Notes under the pieces: generated by a model | The model's input: the letters and a program-made list of their open reading frames with translations, nothing else | Database searches by the model: none | Told to the model about the DNA's origin: nothing | Assembly (NCBI GenBank): GCA_963699165.1 | Contig: OY969413.1 | Span: 596,562-660,561 of the forward strand | DNA: 64,000 bases | Source: Candidatus Kaiserbacteria bacterium | GTDB taxonomy: Bacteria; Patescibacteriota; Minisyncoccia; Phycocordibacterales; Phycocordibacteraceae | Direction of reading: 5' to 3' | In this document: positions 1-8,674 of the stretch, piece by piece | How positions within the stretch are numbered: the first letter of the stretch is position 1 | How the letters are laid out: each line of letters begins with the position of its first letter | Made by a program: the position numbers and the translations under genes

Positions 1-154
1 TGCGGAACTTCCGACCACGAACTGACGACCTCTTGAGCCAACAAGAGTCACATTTCTAAAATAAACCCATTCCTTGTTCGTGGAAATGTGGAAGTGGTGT
101 CAGGTAACGTTTCACTCGCCATATGCAAGAAGAGTACGTCTCAATTTCGAGACG

Positions 155-751
155 TCAAAGATCTTTTTCGGACAGAAATTGAGACGGCGGCCATTTTCCT
201 TGAAAGAGATTTCTAAATGAGGTGGCATGCGTGACCATAATACCAATCGAGACGATTGCAAAAGCCGCCGAGATCACAAACGCTACACTGTCCTTTTCAA
301 TCGCAAGTCCATTATTTGGAGAAATGAGAATGAGCAACATGGACAGCGGGATGAACCAGTACGCAAACCGTATCCAGGTCCGGAAAATATCTTTGCGTTG
401 GAAATAAGCCGCGACGGAGAAAATGAGGAGAGGTAATATAGGGAAAAAAGTAACTAGGGTGGAATCGAGATTTTGTATACAGACTATGTGTTGGCTACCC
501 CCGCACCATCGATCCACGCTGACATACGCAAGGAGCCAGTCGACTATAGGCCATACTATCCAAAAAGACAGAATACTGGCAGAACTTAATTCAGCCGTGT
601 AAAGCAACTTGGCCGTTTTTCCAAAATGAAAATATTTTGATGAAACCCGCGTTACATACAACACGAAGAAGCAAACCAGCCAGATACCCAATACTTCTAT
701 TGAGAAAAAAATAAGAATGTCGGACAGGGAAGGAAATCTTAATCCAAGCAT
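155..751 (-). CDS. hypothetical polytopic membrane protein
   Basis: 198-aa ORF with multiple hydrophobic helices; no recognisable motif. Confidence 0.4.
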   Translation of the reverse strand: MLGLRFPSLSDILIFFSIEVLGIWLVCFFVLYVTRVSSKYFHFGKTAKLLYTAELSSASILSFWIVWPIVDWLLAYVSVDRWCGGSQHIVCIQNLDSTLVTFFPILPLLIFSVAAYFQRKDIFRTWIRFAYWFIPLSMLLILISPNNGLAIEKDSVAFVISAAFAIVSIGIMVTHATSFRNLFQGKWPPSQFLSEKDL

Positions 752-1035
752 GAGGATGACGCTATGCTACTAATATGCAATCATAGAGCTTCCTGTTTTT
801 GTTGTGACATAAGGCACGACCATCCCGCTAACCTGCTTCACCACCTTACGCAACAACAATTGTACAGTCATTTTGGACAGATCGTCTAATAAGGTAACGC
901 TGCAATGCGCAAGGCATCGATTGTAGATAACCCCGCTCTTTAGCAAAAGATTAAATTGGAGAGACGCTTGTTGGAGGAGTGTGTTCGGAAACCGGTTCTC
1001 CTGGAACGACCGTGTTCGGTACCACTTATTTTAAT

Positions 1036-2550
1036 CTATATCCCGTCTTGCGTCATATCCAAATCGTTGGAGTCTGTACGGATGCCGGGTTCCCACAATT
1101 CGTCCGTGCCGCCGTTATAGTCCGGCCGATACAACCGACTCGCTTCGATTCCGGGGAGAAACATGACGTTTGAGACGCATGTGTTTGTGGCCGCGCATGC
1201 GTTGAGAACGGTGATTTCCTCCGAGCCGATGACAGCGGACCCGTCGTTCGCAGTTGCCTTTACGATTACGGTTCCCGCATTTCCCGCAGTCAGCACACCG
1301 AGAGGACTGATAGTTGCAGTGCCGGTTTCGTTTTCTACCGACCACGTAACGGTCGAGTTAGTTGCATTTGCCGGCAATACGGTGGCATTCATTTGCAATG
1401 TCTGTCCGCTCACGATTGTTGCTGTTGAACTCGAAGCCGCGACCGCGATGTTGGTAACCGGAATCGAGTTCACAGCTGTCCACACATAACCATTCGCGTC
1501 GGTTGCCGCAAGTTTTGTGCCGTCTGCGGATGAGGCAATCCCTGACCACGCTCGTGAACCTGTGCCGGTTTGTGCAACCCATGTAGCGCCGGAATCGGAC
1601 GATGTATAAATCTCACCGCTGGACATTCCTTCTCCATTTACTTCCGCTAATCCATCAGCCACCGCCAATTTTGAACCTTCGGACGACATTGTCACCGAGG
1701 TCCAGTCATGTACGCCTGTCCCGACACTGTGTTCAACCCACGTTGCACCTGAATCGGACGAGGTAAAAATATTGCCACCCATGACAGTCGCGGCCAATTT
1801 TGTGCCATCTGCAGATGAAGCCACGGATGTCCACGAACGCAAGCCGGCATTAACTTGATCGGTCCATGTTGCGCCTGAATCAGACGAAGTATAAATATCT
1901 CCACCGACTGCGAAACCATCACTATTTTCTGAAATTTGTGCCGCTGCAACTAGTTTAGTGCCATCGGCGGACGAGGCGACGGAATACCAGTAATGCCTAC
2001 CGGGACCGACTGCGTGTTCGCTCCATGTTGCTCCCGAATCAGCGGACGTAAAAATATCGCTGCTATCCGACCCCGCCACCAGCTTCGTTCCATCGGCAGA
2101 TGATGCCAGGGAATACCAGTCGCGATAACCCGCGCTCGATTGGTCGGTCCATGTTTCTCCGCCATCAGAAGATGTAAAAATATCACCACCGAATACTGCG
2201 GCTGCTAAGCTGTTCCCATCGGCGGACGAAGAAACCGTCCACCACCGATGAGATCCTGCGCCGAGTTGATTCCAAGAGGCACCGGAATCGGAGGATTTGA
2301 AAATATTACCGTCGTAGGTGCTGCCCATATCAATGGCTGCGATTAGTTTCGTACCATCGGCCGAAGACGCAATTGCCTTCCAGCCCCAAGCACCGCCACC
2401 CGGTGAACCCAGTTGTTCGGTCCAGTTCATTCGCGGCGAACCCGAAACCGACTGTGCAAACGCAGTGGGTACGGCGAAAAATACAAAAAGAAGAACGAAT
2501 GCAACGTAAACCCGAAGAGAAACTGCCCGCACAAGCGACGTGATGTCCAT
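1036..2550 (-). CDS. secreted BNR/Asp-box repeat protein with C-terminal Ig-like (Big_2-like) domain
   Basis: At least 8 S-x-D-x-G-x-T-W Asp-box repeats (SSDSGATW etc). Signal peptide begins at internal Met (MDITSLVRAV..., ATG at 2548-2550). The listed ORF start at 2745 would run through the terminator hairpin at 2724-2748, so the shorter start is used. Confidence 0.6.
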   Translation of the reverse strand: MDITSLVRAVSLRVYVAFVLLFVFFAVPTAFAQSVSGSPRMNWTEQLGSPGGGAWGWKAIASSADGTKLIAAIDMGSTYDGNIFKSSDSGASWNQLGAGSHRWWTVSSSADGNSLAAAVFGGDIFTSSDGGETWTDQSSAGYRDWYSLASSADGTKLVAGSDSSDIFTSADSGATWSEHAVGPGRHYWYSVASSADGTKLVAAAQISENSDGFAVGGDIYTSSDSGATWTDQVNAGLRSWTSVASSADGTKLAATVMGGNIFTSSDSGATWVEHSVGTGVHDWTSVTMSSEGSKLAVADGLAEVNGEGMSSGEIYTSSDSGATWVAQTGTGSRAWSGIASSADGTKLAATDANGYVWTAVNSIPVTNIAVAASSSTATIVSGQTLQMNATVLPANATNSTVTWSVENETGTATISPLGVLTAGNAGTVIVKATANDGSAVIGSEEITVLNACAATNTCVSNVMFLPGIEASRLYRPDYNGGTDELWEPGIRTDSNDLDMTQDGI

Positions 2551-2721
2551 ACCGAAGATAAAGAAATGGAGCGATAAAGCCCGAGTAATATAAAAACTGC
2601 GTCCAAAACGGCAACCCCTTGTTGCTTGGCCACACAATACTATTCGCGCGTTACACGTCAAGCCGAGTTCCCGGAACCGGAGTACATTTCTGAAATTTTT
2701 ACAATCGGAAATAGGCCGTAG

Positions 2722-2750
2722 CAAAAATGCCCCGAGTCGGGGCATTTTGC
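2722..2750 (-). terminator. rho-independent terminator hairpin (aaaatgcccc-gagt-cggggcatttt)
   Basis: perfect GC-rich stem with flanking A/T runs immediately downstream of the 2765..3544 gene. Confidence 0.6.
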
Positions 2751-2764
2751 CGTGTGCTGAATTC

Positions 2765-3544
2765 TTATTGAGCTGTCGTTGTCGTCGTTTTCGAACCGAG
2801 TGCCTTTAGCCCCTTAAGAATTGTCGTGATGTCTTTGCGCGCCGCCTGCAAGTCCTGCGTGCCCGTCTTGATGTTTGCGCGAGCCGCAACAAGCGCGGCG
2901 TGGTTTGAGGCCGCGACCGTCTTATTTCCCTGGTCGGGACTGAGTCCGGTAATTCCCGACTGCGCGGTTTGGGCTTGCGTTGTCGCGTCGGCAATCTTTG
3001 CGTTCATATCGGAGAGTGCTGCCGTAAGCGCCGACACGTCTTTGCCGTCGGTTTGATCGGCCGTAATGCGGGCTTGCAGTTTCGCACCAAGCGCTTGCAT
3101 CAGGCCGTTAATAACCGTGATGCGGTCTGCCGCCGCCAGGATTGCTCCGCGAGGCACAACGAGCGCGTAGATGCGAAATGTCGAGAAGATGGTCGCTTCA
3201 TCGGCCTTCGCCGTTGCCACGACCGTATCGGCATCGATTTTCGATTGCAAAGCGGTGAGACCTGCGATGTTTGTCTGCACTGCCGATGCAATGCTCGATT
3301 TCTCGGCATCCGATTCGTTCTTCATGTCCTGTACCCGGGCCGCGAGCTTATTGAGGTCGGCAATACGTGCGGTGATTTCCGTATTGCTGCGGGAAATAAT
3401 CGTGGCGAGTTTCTGCGCCGCCGCCGCGCCGTTAGTTGCCGCCGATGTCGTCGTTGTCTGCGCTGACGCGGGAAAAACTCCCGCAAACATCGCCGCTGCG
3501 AGAGCCGACCCGACAATCGAAATGCTGATTGAGTGTTTAAACAT
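2765..3544 (-). CDS. secreted Ala/Thr-rich coiled-coil protein, hypothetical
   Basis: N-terminal signal peptide followed by low-complexity A/T/Q-rich helical sequence. Confidence 0.5.
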   Translation of the reverse strand: MFKHSISISIVGSALAAAMFAGVFPASAQTTTTSAATNGAAAAQKLATIISRSNTEITARIADLNKLAARVQDMKNESDAEKSSIASAVQTNIAGLTALQSKIDADTVVATAKADEATIFSTFRIYALVVPRGAILAAADRITVINGLMQALGAKLQARITADQTDGKDVSALTAALSDMNAKIADATTQAQTAQSGITGLSPDQGNKTVAASNHAALVAARANIKTGTQDLQAARKDITTILKGLKALGSKTTTTTAQ

Positions 3545-3617
3545 AAATAGTTGGTTTGATATTCTCGTAATCTTCTACGTTCACTTAACGTTCTCTGCAA
3601 TGAAAGTGTGACAGGAG

Positions 3618-3947
3618 TTACTGACTGTTGAGTCCGTGGTCCGCGCTCGCATTATCGGAATCGAGACCGCTCAATTGCGAATCGATGGCATTTGCGTCTT
3701 GAGCCATGGAGTCATCGGAATTTCCCGTCGATGCTGCCGCGCCCGAGGCACTGCCCTGTGCAGTTTGCGTTTGCGTTCCGGCTTGAGCGGTTTGGGTTCC
3801 GCTACCGGAAGTGGGCTGGGTCTGCGCGCCGGCCTGACCTGACGGAGCCGGTGTGTTTGCTGAAGAATTGTTCACATACCACCACACGCCGCCGCCAATC
3901 GCCGCAAGAACGATGATTACTAAGATTATTTTTGTTACATTCGACAT
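3618..3947 (-). CDS. small single-pass membrane protein with Q/T/A-rich linker and conserved C-terminal IDxQLSxLDSDxAxADHxL motif
   Basis: N-terminal TM helix; C-terminal motif shared with the adjacent anti-sigma-like ORF. Confidence 0.45.
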   Translation of the reverse strand: MSNVTKIILVIIVLAAIGGGVWWYVNNSSANTPAPSGQAGAQTQPTSGSGTQTAQAGTQTQTAQGSASGAAASTGNSDDSMAQDANAIDSQLSGLDSDNASADHGLNSQ

Positions 3948-3977
3948 GCTTCGTAAGCTACTTGTAATACCTCCCGA

Positions 3978-4484
3978 TTATAACGCCTCGCCGCCCTGCC
4001 GGTCTCCGAGAGCATGGTCGGCTTGTGCAGTATCGGAGTCCAAATCGCTCAATTGGGCGTCAATCGCCGCAGCATCGCTCGCCAAAGCCGCATCTGAAGC
4101 ATCTGATTTATCCACAACTGCCGTCTGCTGTTGCGGATTTGAAGTGCTTGTCTGCGTTTCGAATCCGAAAAACGCCGTGCCGCCGACAACGAACAATGCG
4201 GCGACAAAAACAGCCGCGCCCGTCCGTCCGAAAAATACCGGCGAACGATACCAGGGACTTGGAATCGGAGTCGATATTTTTTTGAGCGTCGCCCGCAGAA
4301 GTTCTTCGGGCGGTCGGACATCCCGAGCCGCCTGCAAAGTCGCAACCGATTTGAAAAAATCGTTCAATGCCGCGCTCTGCTCCGGATACCGTTCGAGTAT
4401 CGAGGCCTTCGATGCTCCTTCATCCAGAAGCCGCAATGCTTCTTGAAGTATCTCTTCTTCGTTTTGGTTTTTCGCAGTGCTCAT
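3978..4484 (-). CDS. putative anti-sigma factor (single-pass membrane protein)
   Basis: 4-bp overlap (ATGA) with the upstream ECF sigma gene; cytoplasmic N-terminal domain, one TM helix, extracytoplasmic low-complexity tail. Confidence 0.5.
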   Translation of the reverse strand: MSTAKNQNEEEILQEALRLLDEGASKASILERYPEQSAALNDFFKSVATLQAARDVRPPEELLRATLKKISTPIPSPWYRSPVFFGRTGAAVFVAALFVVGGTAFFGFETQTSTSNPQQQTAVVDKSDASDAALASDAAAIDAQLSDLDSDTAQADHALGDRQGGEAL

Positions 4485-5044
4485 AAAATGTGTTCTTTGG
4501 TTTGTAATAATTTACGCAGGGCGCGCAAGCCGCGCGACTGGAGTTGTCGGACTGCCGTTTCGTTCTTTTTCAGCATAACGGCAATTTCCCGCGTAGAAAA
4601 CCCTTCGATAAAACGCAATACGACGGTGTCTTGCTGTTCTTGGGGCAACTTTGCAATGCACCGCCGGAGCATGTCGTTTTCATCTCTTTGTATCGCCGCT
4701 TCCTCCGCCGTATCGGCATCGTCGCGTATTCCCTCCAAAACTCCTTCGTCGGCAACCGGCATTTTTCGTTTGCGGTAATAATCAATCACGCCGTGGCGGG
4801 CAATCGTGTACAGGTACGCTAAAGGCGACCCTCCGGAGTGGGTATACCGGGGAAATGAGACGTACGCTTTCAGGAACGCTTCCTGCGTCAGATCATCAAC
4901 GTCGGACTTGTCCGTGACGCGGAAATAAATATACCGATACAAAGGCGTGAAGTACGCGGTATATAGTGCCGCAAACGCCTCCGCATCGCCCAAACGCGCA
5001 CGCCCGATAATCTCCTCAATGTTGTCCGGATCGGCTGGATGCAT
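4481..5044 (-). CDS. RNA polymerase ECF-type sigma-70 factor
   Basis: sigma70 region 2 (DLTQEAFLKAY) and region 4 HTH (FSTREIAVMLKKNETAVRQLQSRGLRALRKLL); start moved to internal Met (ATG 5042-5044). Confidence 0.8.
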   Translation of the reverse strand: MHPADPDNIEEIIGRARLGDAEAFAALYTAYFTPLYRYIYFRVTDKSDVDDLTQEAFLKAYVSFPRYTHSGGSPLAYLYTIARHGVIDYYRKRKMPVADEGVLEGIRDDADTAEEAAIQRDENDMLRRCIAKLPQEQQDTVVLRFIEGFSTREIAVMLKKNETAVRQLQSRGLRALRKLLQTKEHIL

Positions 5045-5214
5045 AGCCCATCGAGTATAACGAAGCGGAGGCGAAAGTGTGACACGTTGCATTCCGACCC
5101 GAAACCTTACATTTTTACATTCGGCATTCGCTCAAGGTTGCCGTCGTTGAAATTTTTCCGATTCCGGAACGAATCACGCGGTGTCACGGTCTGAACGTTG
5201 CTCAAACGCATGCA

Positions 5215-5746
5215 TTAAAATGTCATACCCTTTTTCATAGTGATCTCGTCTCGGTCGAGTCCAAACGTTTCCTTGGCGAAAGCAAACATCTCGTTCTGCA
5301 TTTTTTCCGCGTCGCCGTCGTCCACCACTTGCTCGATTTCTATAAAACTGCCGAGGCGCTCAACCTCGTCGAGAGTAATCGTGTACTTTTTATAGGTGCA
5401 GGTGCGGCGCGTCTTTTTTTACGGTCACACCCCGTATGTATCCGAACAGCTCCATCATCCCCTGCAATGCTTCGGCATCATCGATTTTGATCTCATACTC
5501 GACGCAATCCATCTCGTTGGTCAACGGTTTCTTTACCGTAAACTTGAAGGACGAATTGTCTTCGATGCGCAGGCGCGGATAACTCCACTCGCCATGCGCA
5601 GACTCAAACCATCGCGTGACATCCTTATGCACGAAGTTGATATCCTCCTGCGTTTTCGGCTTGGATAAGGTGCAACCGAGCGCTTCCAGCTTGGAAGCTA
5701 TTGCATTCAGATTAGGCGCCTTCAACTTTATTTCAATTTCTCTCAT
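5215..5746 (-). pseudogene. CYTH-domain protein (CyaB/class IV adenylate cyclase-like triphosphate tunnel enzyme), frame disrupted at a 7-nt homopolymer
   Basis: N-terminal EIEIKLK motif in ORF 5390..5746. The C-terminal part (LDEVERLGSFIEIEQVV...) continues in another frame down to the stop at 5215-5217. Reading one base fewer in the T7/A7 run at about 5414-5420 restores a single ORF. Confidence 0.6.
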
Positions 5747-5758
5747 GCGAAAGCTCCT

Positions 5759-6823
5759 TTAGCACGCGATGTTTTGGTCGACGGCGCTCGAATCCGCCTC
5801 GTATTGAATGAGCCAAATCGGGCTTCCGGAAATGAATCCATTTCGGGTTACGCACGCGTTTATCGCTTCGATTTGCGTCGCCGTGCCGATGGGAAACCAG
5901 TTTGGCGTGGTAACGGCAACTCCGTTAACCGACTGATTCGGAACGAACGCGGTGCCGGCAATGTCGTCCCACATATACGGAACGGAATAGATGCCGACGC
6001 GTATGCCTTTCGCATTCAGATAATCAATCGCGCCTTGAATCGTCGCATCGTTTACGCTCGTATCCGGCGACCAGCTGTTTGCCTCTTCAATATCAAGCCA
6101 CCATAGCGAAGTGTTTATGGAGTTCCCCGCTGCGTATGCAAAAGAGTGTGCGGCGGCGTTGTAGCCGTAGTTATAGCCCTGACACGCCGTCGGGTCGGTG
6201 CTCGTCGAAACGCTCGTCGGACACGACTTCGGGCCGCCGATATTTGCCGCGACGGTGCTGCCGTACGGCGCATTCAAATTCATGTACGCGGTCGGTGCGC
6301 GCGCCGAACTGACCTGCGCCCACGCGACTTCGGAGGAAAGGCGGGGATTGTCGACAAACGCCCTGCCGCCCGTAACGCCGATGACGCCGAAATTAAACAT
6401 CACACCGGGATATTGGGAGGTGCTATAGGAAAGGTCATAACCGAGATTGCTCGGTATGTACGGAGTGCCGACCGATGAGAGATGCGGAATCGCCTGTTGC
6501 GCCGAAGCCGGAGGGTTCACGACTGCCGGGTCTGCCGGCGCATCAACGGTAAAAGAAGTGAGCAAATCGACAAAGGCGGCAGCAGGCGTGCCGGGCGATG
6601 ACTGCACAACCCCAATGAGGGATGCGGCTTGGTTTGCGGTTATGTTCGAGAAAGCAATTATGAGAGGAACGAATGCGCTCGCAGCTGTGCCGGGAGACGA
6701 CTGCACGACTCCGATAATGCTGATTGATTGCTGCTCGGTAAGGGCAGCCGCAGATGATACTGCCGGCAGCGCGAATGCAATAAGGAATAGTACCGTCAAT
6801 GCAAATGTCTTAAATTTCTCCAT
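5759..6823 (-). CDS. secreted protein with N-terminal tandem repeats and C-terminal GH25/DUF1906-like glycoside-hydrolase-like domain
   Basis: signal peptide at internal Met (ATG 6821-6823); duplicated IGVVQSSPGT..AAFV repeat; C-terminal WWLDIEE...GIRVGIYS resembles Rv2525c/GH25-like fold. Confidence 0.4.
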   Translation of the reverse strand: MEKFKTFALTVLFLIAFALPAVSSAAALTEQQSISIIGVVQSSPGTAASAFVPLIIAFSNITANQAASLIGVVQSSPGTPAAAFVDLLTSFTVDAPADPAVVNPPASAQQAIPHLSSVGTPYIPSNLGYDLSYSTSQYPGVMFNFGVIGVTGGRAFVDNPRLSSEVAWAQVSSARAPTAYMNLNAPYGSTVAANIGGPKSCPTSVSTSTDPTACQGYNYGYNAAAHSFAYAAGNSINTSLWWLDIEEANSWSPDTSVNDATIQGAIDYLNAKGIRVGIYSVPYMWDDIAGTAFVPNQSVNGVAVTTPNWFPIGTATQIEAINACVTRNGFISGSPIWLIQYEADSSAVDQNIAC

Positions 6824-6980
6824 CACTGCTAAGTATACCGTGCGAAGCAGGGTTTTGTTGCTTTTGAATACATCGCTCACACGGGTCATTGACAGAGCGT
6901 GCTATAAAAGTAACCTGTCAGCAGAACTCGGGAGCGTTAGAAACCCGGGAATTGTTCATTTATATGGGAGGAAGGGCATC

Positions 6981-7553
6981 GTGCCAGGAATACCGGTAAT
7001 CGCCATCACCGGCGGACCGTGCGGAGGAAAATCAACCTTTATGGTCCGCGCGCTCGAGTGGCTCGCAAATTTCGGCTATCATACGCTCATCGTTTCCGAG
7101 ACGGCCACGGAACTCATTTCAGCAGGGGCTTCGCCGGCCGTACTCGGTCTCGACGCCTTTCAAGAACACCTGTTGCTCTACACAATCCGGCGCGAAGAGC
7201 ATTATCTGGAAATTGCACGAGCAATCACGGGTTCAGACAGACGAGTCGTCATTCTTTGCGATCGCGGGGTTCTGGATTGCGCCGCATACATGGGACCCGA
7301 GCCGTACCGAAAAATGATAGCGCGATTGGGTTATACGCAAGAACAGCTCAGGGCTCGATATCATCTTGTCGTACACCTTGTCTCTGCCGCCATTGGTGCG
7401 GAAAAGTTCTACACGCTCGCCAACAATGCCGCGCGGAGCGAATCGCCGGAAGAAGTGGAAGGTACCCCTTTCTTCGTACACTCATTCTATAAGTATAGGA
7501 TACTATGCTCTGCTCAGAGCAACAAACTCTCTTGGCGCCATACGCAGTGCTGA
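6981..7553 (+). CDS. P-loop ATPase/kinase (AAA_28-like)
   Basis: Walker A ITGGPCGGKST; GTG start at 6981 nine nt after GGGAGG; 3' end reads into the terminal inverted repeat of the IS3 element so the native C-terminus may be lost. Confidence 0.5.
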   Translation: MPGIPVIAITGGPCGGKSTFMVRALEWLANFGYHTLIVSETATELISAGASPAVLGLDAFQEHLLLYTIRREEHYLEIARAITGSDRRVVILCDRGVLDCAAYMGPEPYRKMIARLGYTQEQLRARYHLVVHLVSAAIGAEKFYTLANNAARSESPEEVEGTPFFVHSFYKYRILCSAQSNKLSWRHTQC

Positions 7554-8285
7554 GTGAATGCGAGCGGTATTGTGATAGTGGATGGTGAGGTAGATCTCAG
7601 CCACTAATTCACCTAACGTGTCGAATCGGTTCGGATCACCCAGGTCAATCTTGAACCCTTTGTAGAAGGACTCTTGGTAGCCATTCTCCCAGGGACATCC
7701 AGGACGAGACATAGATTGCTGTATGCCGATCGTTGCCACGAGCATCGCATAATCCTTTGAGGCATACTCGCTGCCTTGATCCGAATGGATGACACGAGGT
7801 GGCGATTTGTGATGCAATGCAGAGAGAAGTGCATTCATGATGAGTTGCGTGCTGTGGGTGGTGAGGACTGACACACCGACAATCTCTCGGGAATAGACGT
7901 CAAGGATGGTAGCGACGTATACCCAGTACCCGTGGTACTTGAGGTAGGTGAAGTCACTCGCCCAGATGTCACCGTCCTGCTCGGGAGTTTGATGGAGCAA
8001 GAAGTTCGGGAATATACTGTCTTTTGTCTTTAGCACAAATCGCTTCTTTGCGGTCCTCCGATATGGTTTGATACCGAACAATTTCATCACACGCAGAATG
8101 CGCTTTTTGTTGACTTTGAGGTAGAGTGCCAACCGTTTGTGCCCATAGGCGGGATGGCTATGCAGAGCTTCTTCGATGAGTTGCTTTGTGTGCCAATCCC
8201 TCCGAGCCTGCTTCGGCTCGTAGTACAGCGTACTGCGAGCAATACCGCTCTCGCGTGCAAGAGCACTCTTGTTTTCTCTCATCAA
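7503..8285 (-). CDS. IS3-family transposase OrfB (DDE integrase core)
   Basis: HSDQGSEY ... WENGYQESF rve-domain motifs. Confidence 0.8.
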   Translation of the reverse strand: MMRENKSALARESGIARSTLYYEPKQARRDWHTKQLIEEALHSHPAYGHKRLALYLKVNKKRILRVMKLFGIKPYRRTAKKRFVLKTKDSIFPNFLLHQTPEQDGDIWASDFTYLKYHGYWVYVATILDVYSREIVGVSVLTTHSTQLIMNALLSALHHKSPPRVIHSDQGSEYASKDYAMLVATIGIQQSMSRPGCPWENGYQESFYKGFKIDLGDPNRFDTLGELVAEIYLTIHYHNTARIHSALRMAPREFVALSRA

Positions 8286-8542
8286 GAGCCCCTTTTTTCT
8301 CCGTTTGAGAGTTTAAACGTCAATTCTCCGATGAGTGCTTTAAGGAGACCGTTCTCCTTCTTCACTCTGTTGTGCTCAATGATACTCACTCCTTTTGCAG
8401 AGGTGCCAAGCCAAGCATAGATAGTGACGGTACTGACTCCGTGTTCTTTCGCTGCCTCAGCGACACTGATGCCATCGTTTTTGATACGGTTGATAATCTG
8501 CTCCTTAATCTCAGGAGCAATACGGTATGCTTTCTTTGCCAT
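8282..8542 (-). CDS. IS3-family transposase OrfA (HTH)
   Basis: IS3/IS911-type N-terminal HTH (ISVAEAAKEHGVSTVTIYAW). Confidence 0.75.
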   Translation of the reverse strand: MAKKAYRIAPEIKEQIINRIKNDGISVAEAAKEHGVSTVTIYAWLGTSAKGVSIIEHNRVKKENGLLKALIGELTFKLSNGEKRGS

Positions 8543-8674
8543 AGGTACATTCTAAATTAGCTGCTGGTATTTAGAATGAGTGTCCGACGTTTGGGGTACC
8601 TTGCAAAATGATACAAGGGCTCTCTGTACGGGGAGTTAACTACAAATCCTTGATTTATATTTTCTTGCATATGT

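Larger units (their letters stand above)
7487..8586 (-). mobile_element. IS3-family insertion sequence (orfA/orfB with -1 frameshift site)
   Basis: terminal inverted repeats acactcattcta (7487-7498) and tagaatgagtgt (8572-8583); two overlapping ORFs; A AAA AAG slippery heptamer at the orfA/orfB overlap. Confidence 0.7.

Noticed and set aside
6447-6980. N-terminal 178 codons of ORF 6447..7553
   Set aside because: They overlap the oppositely oriented secreted-protein gene and lack homology. The P-loop domain starts at a GTG (6981) with a good SD.
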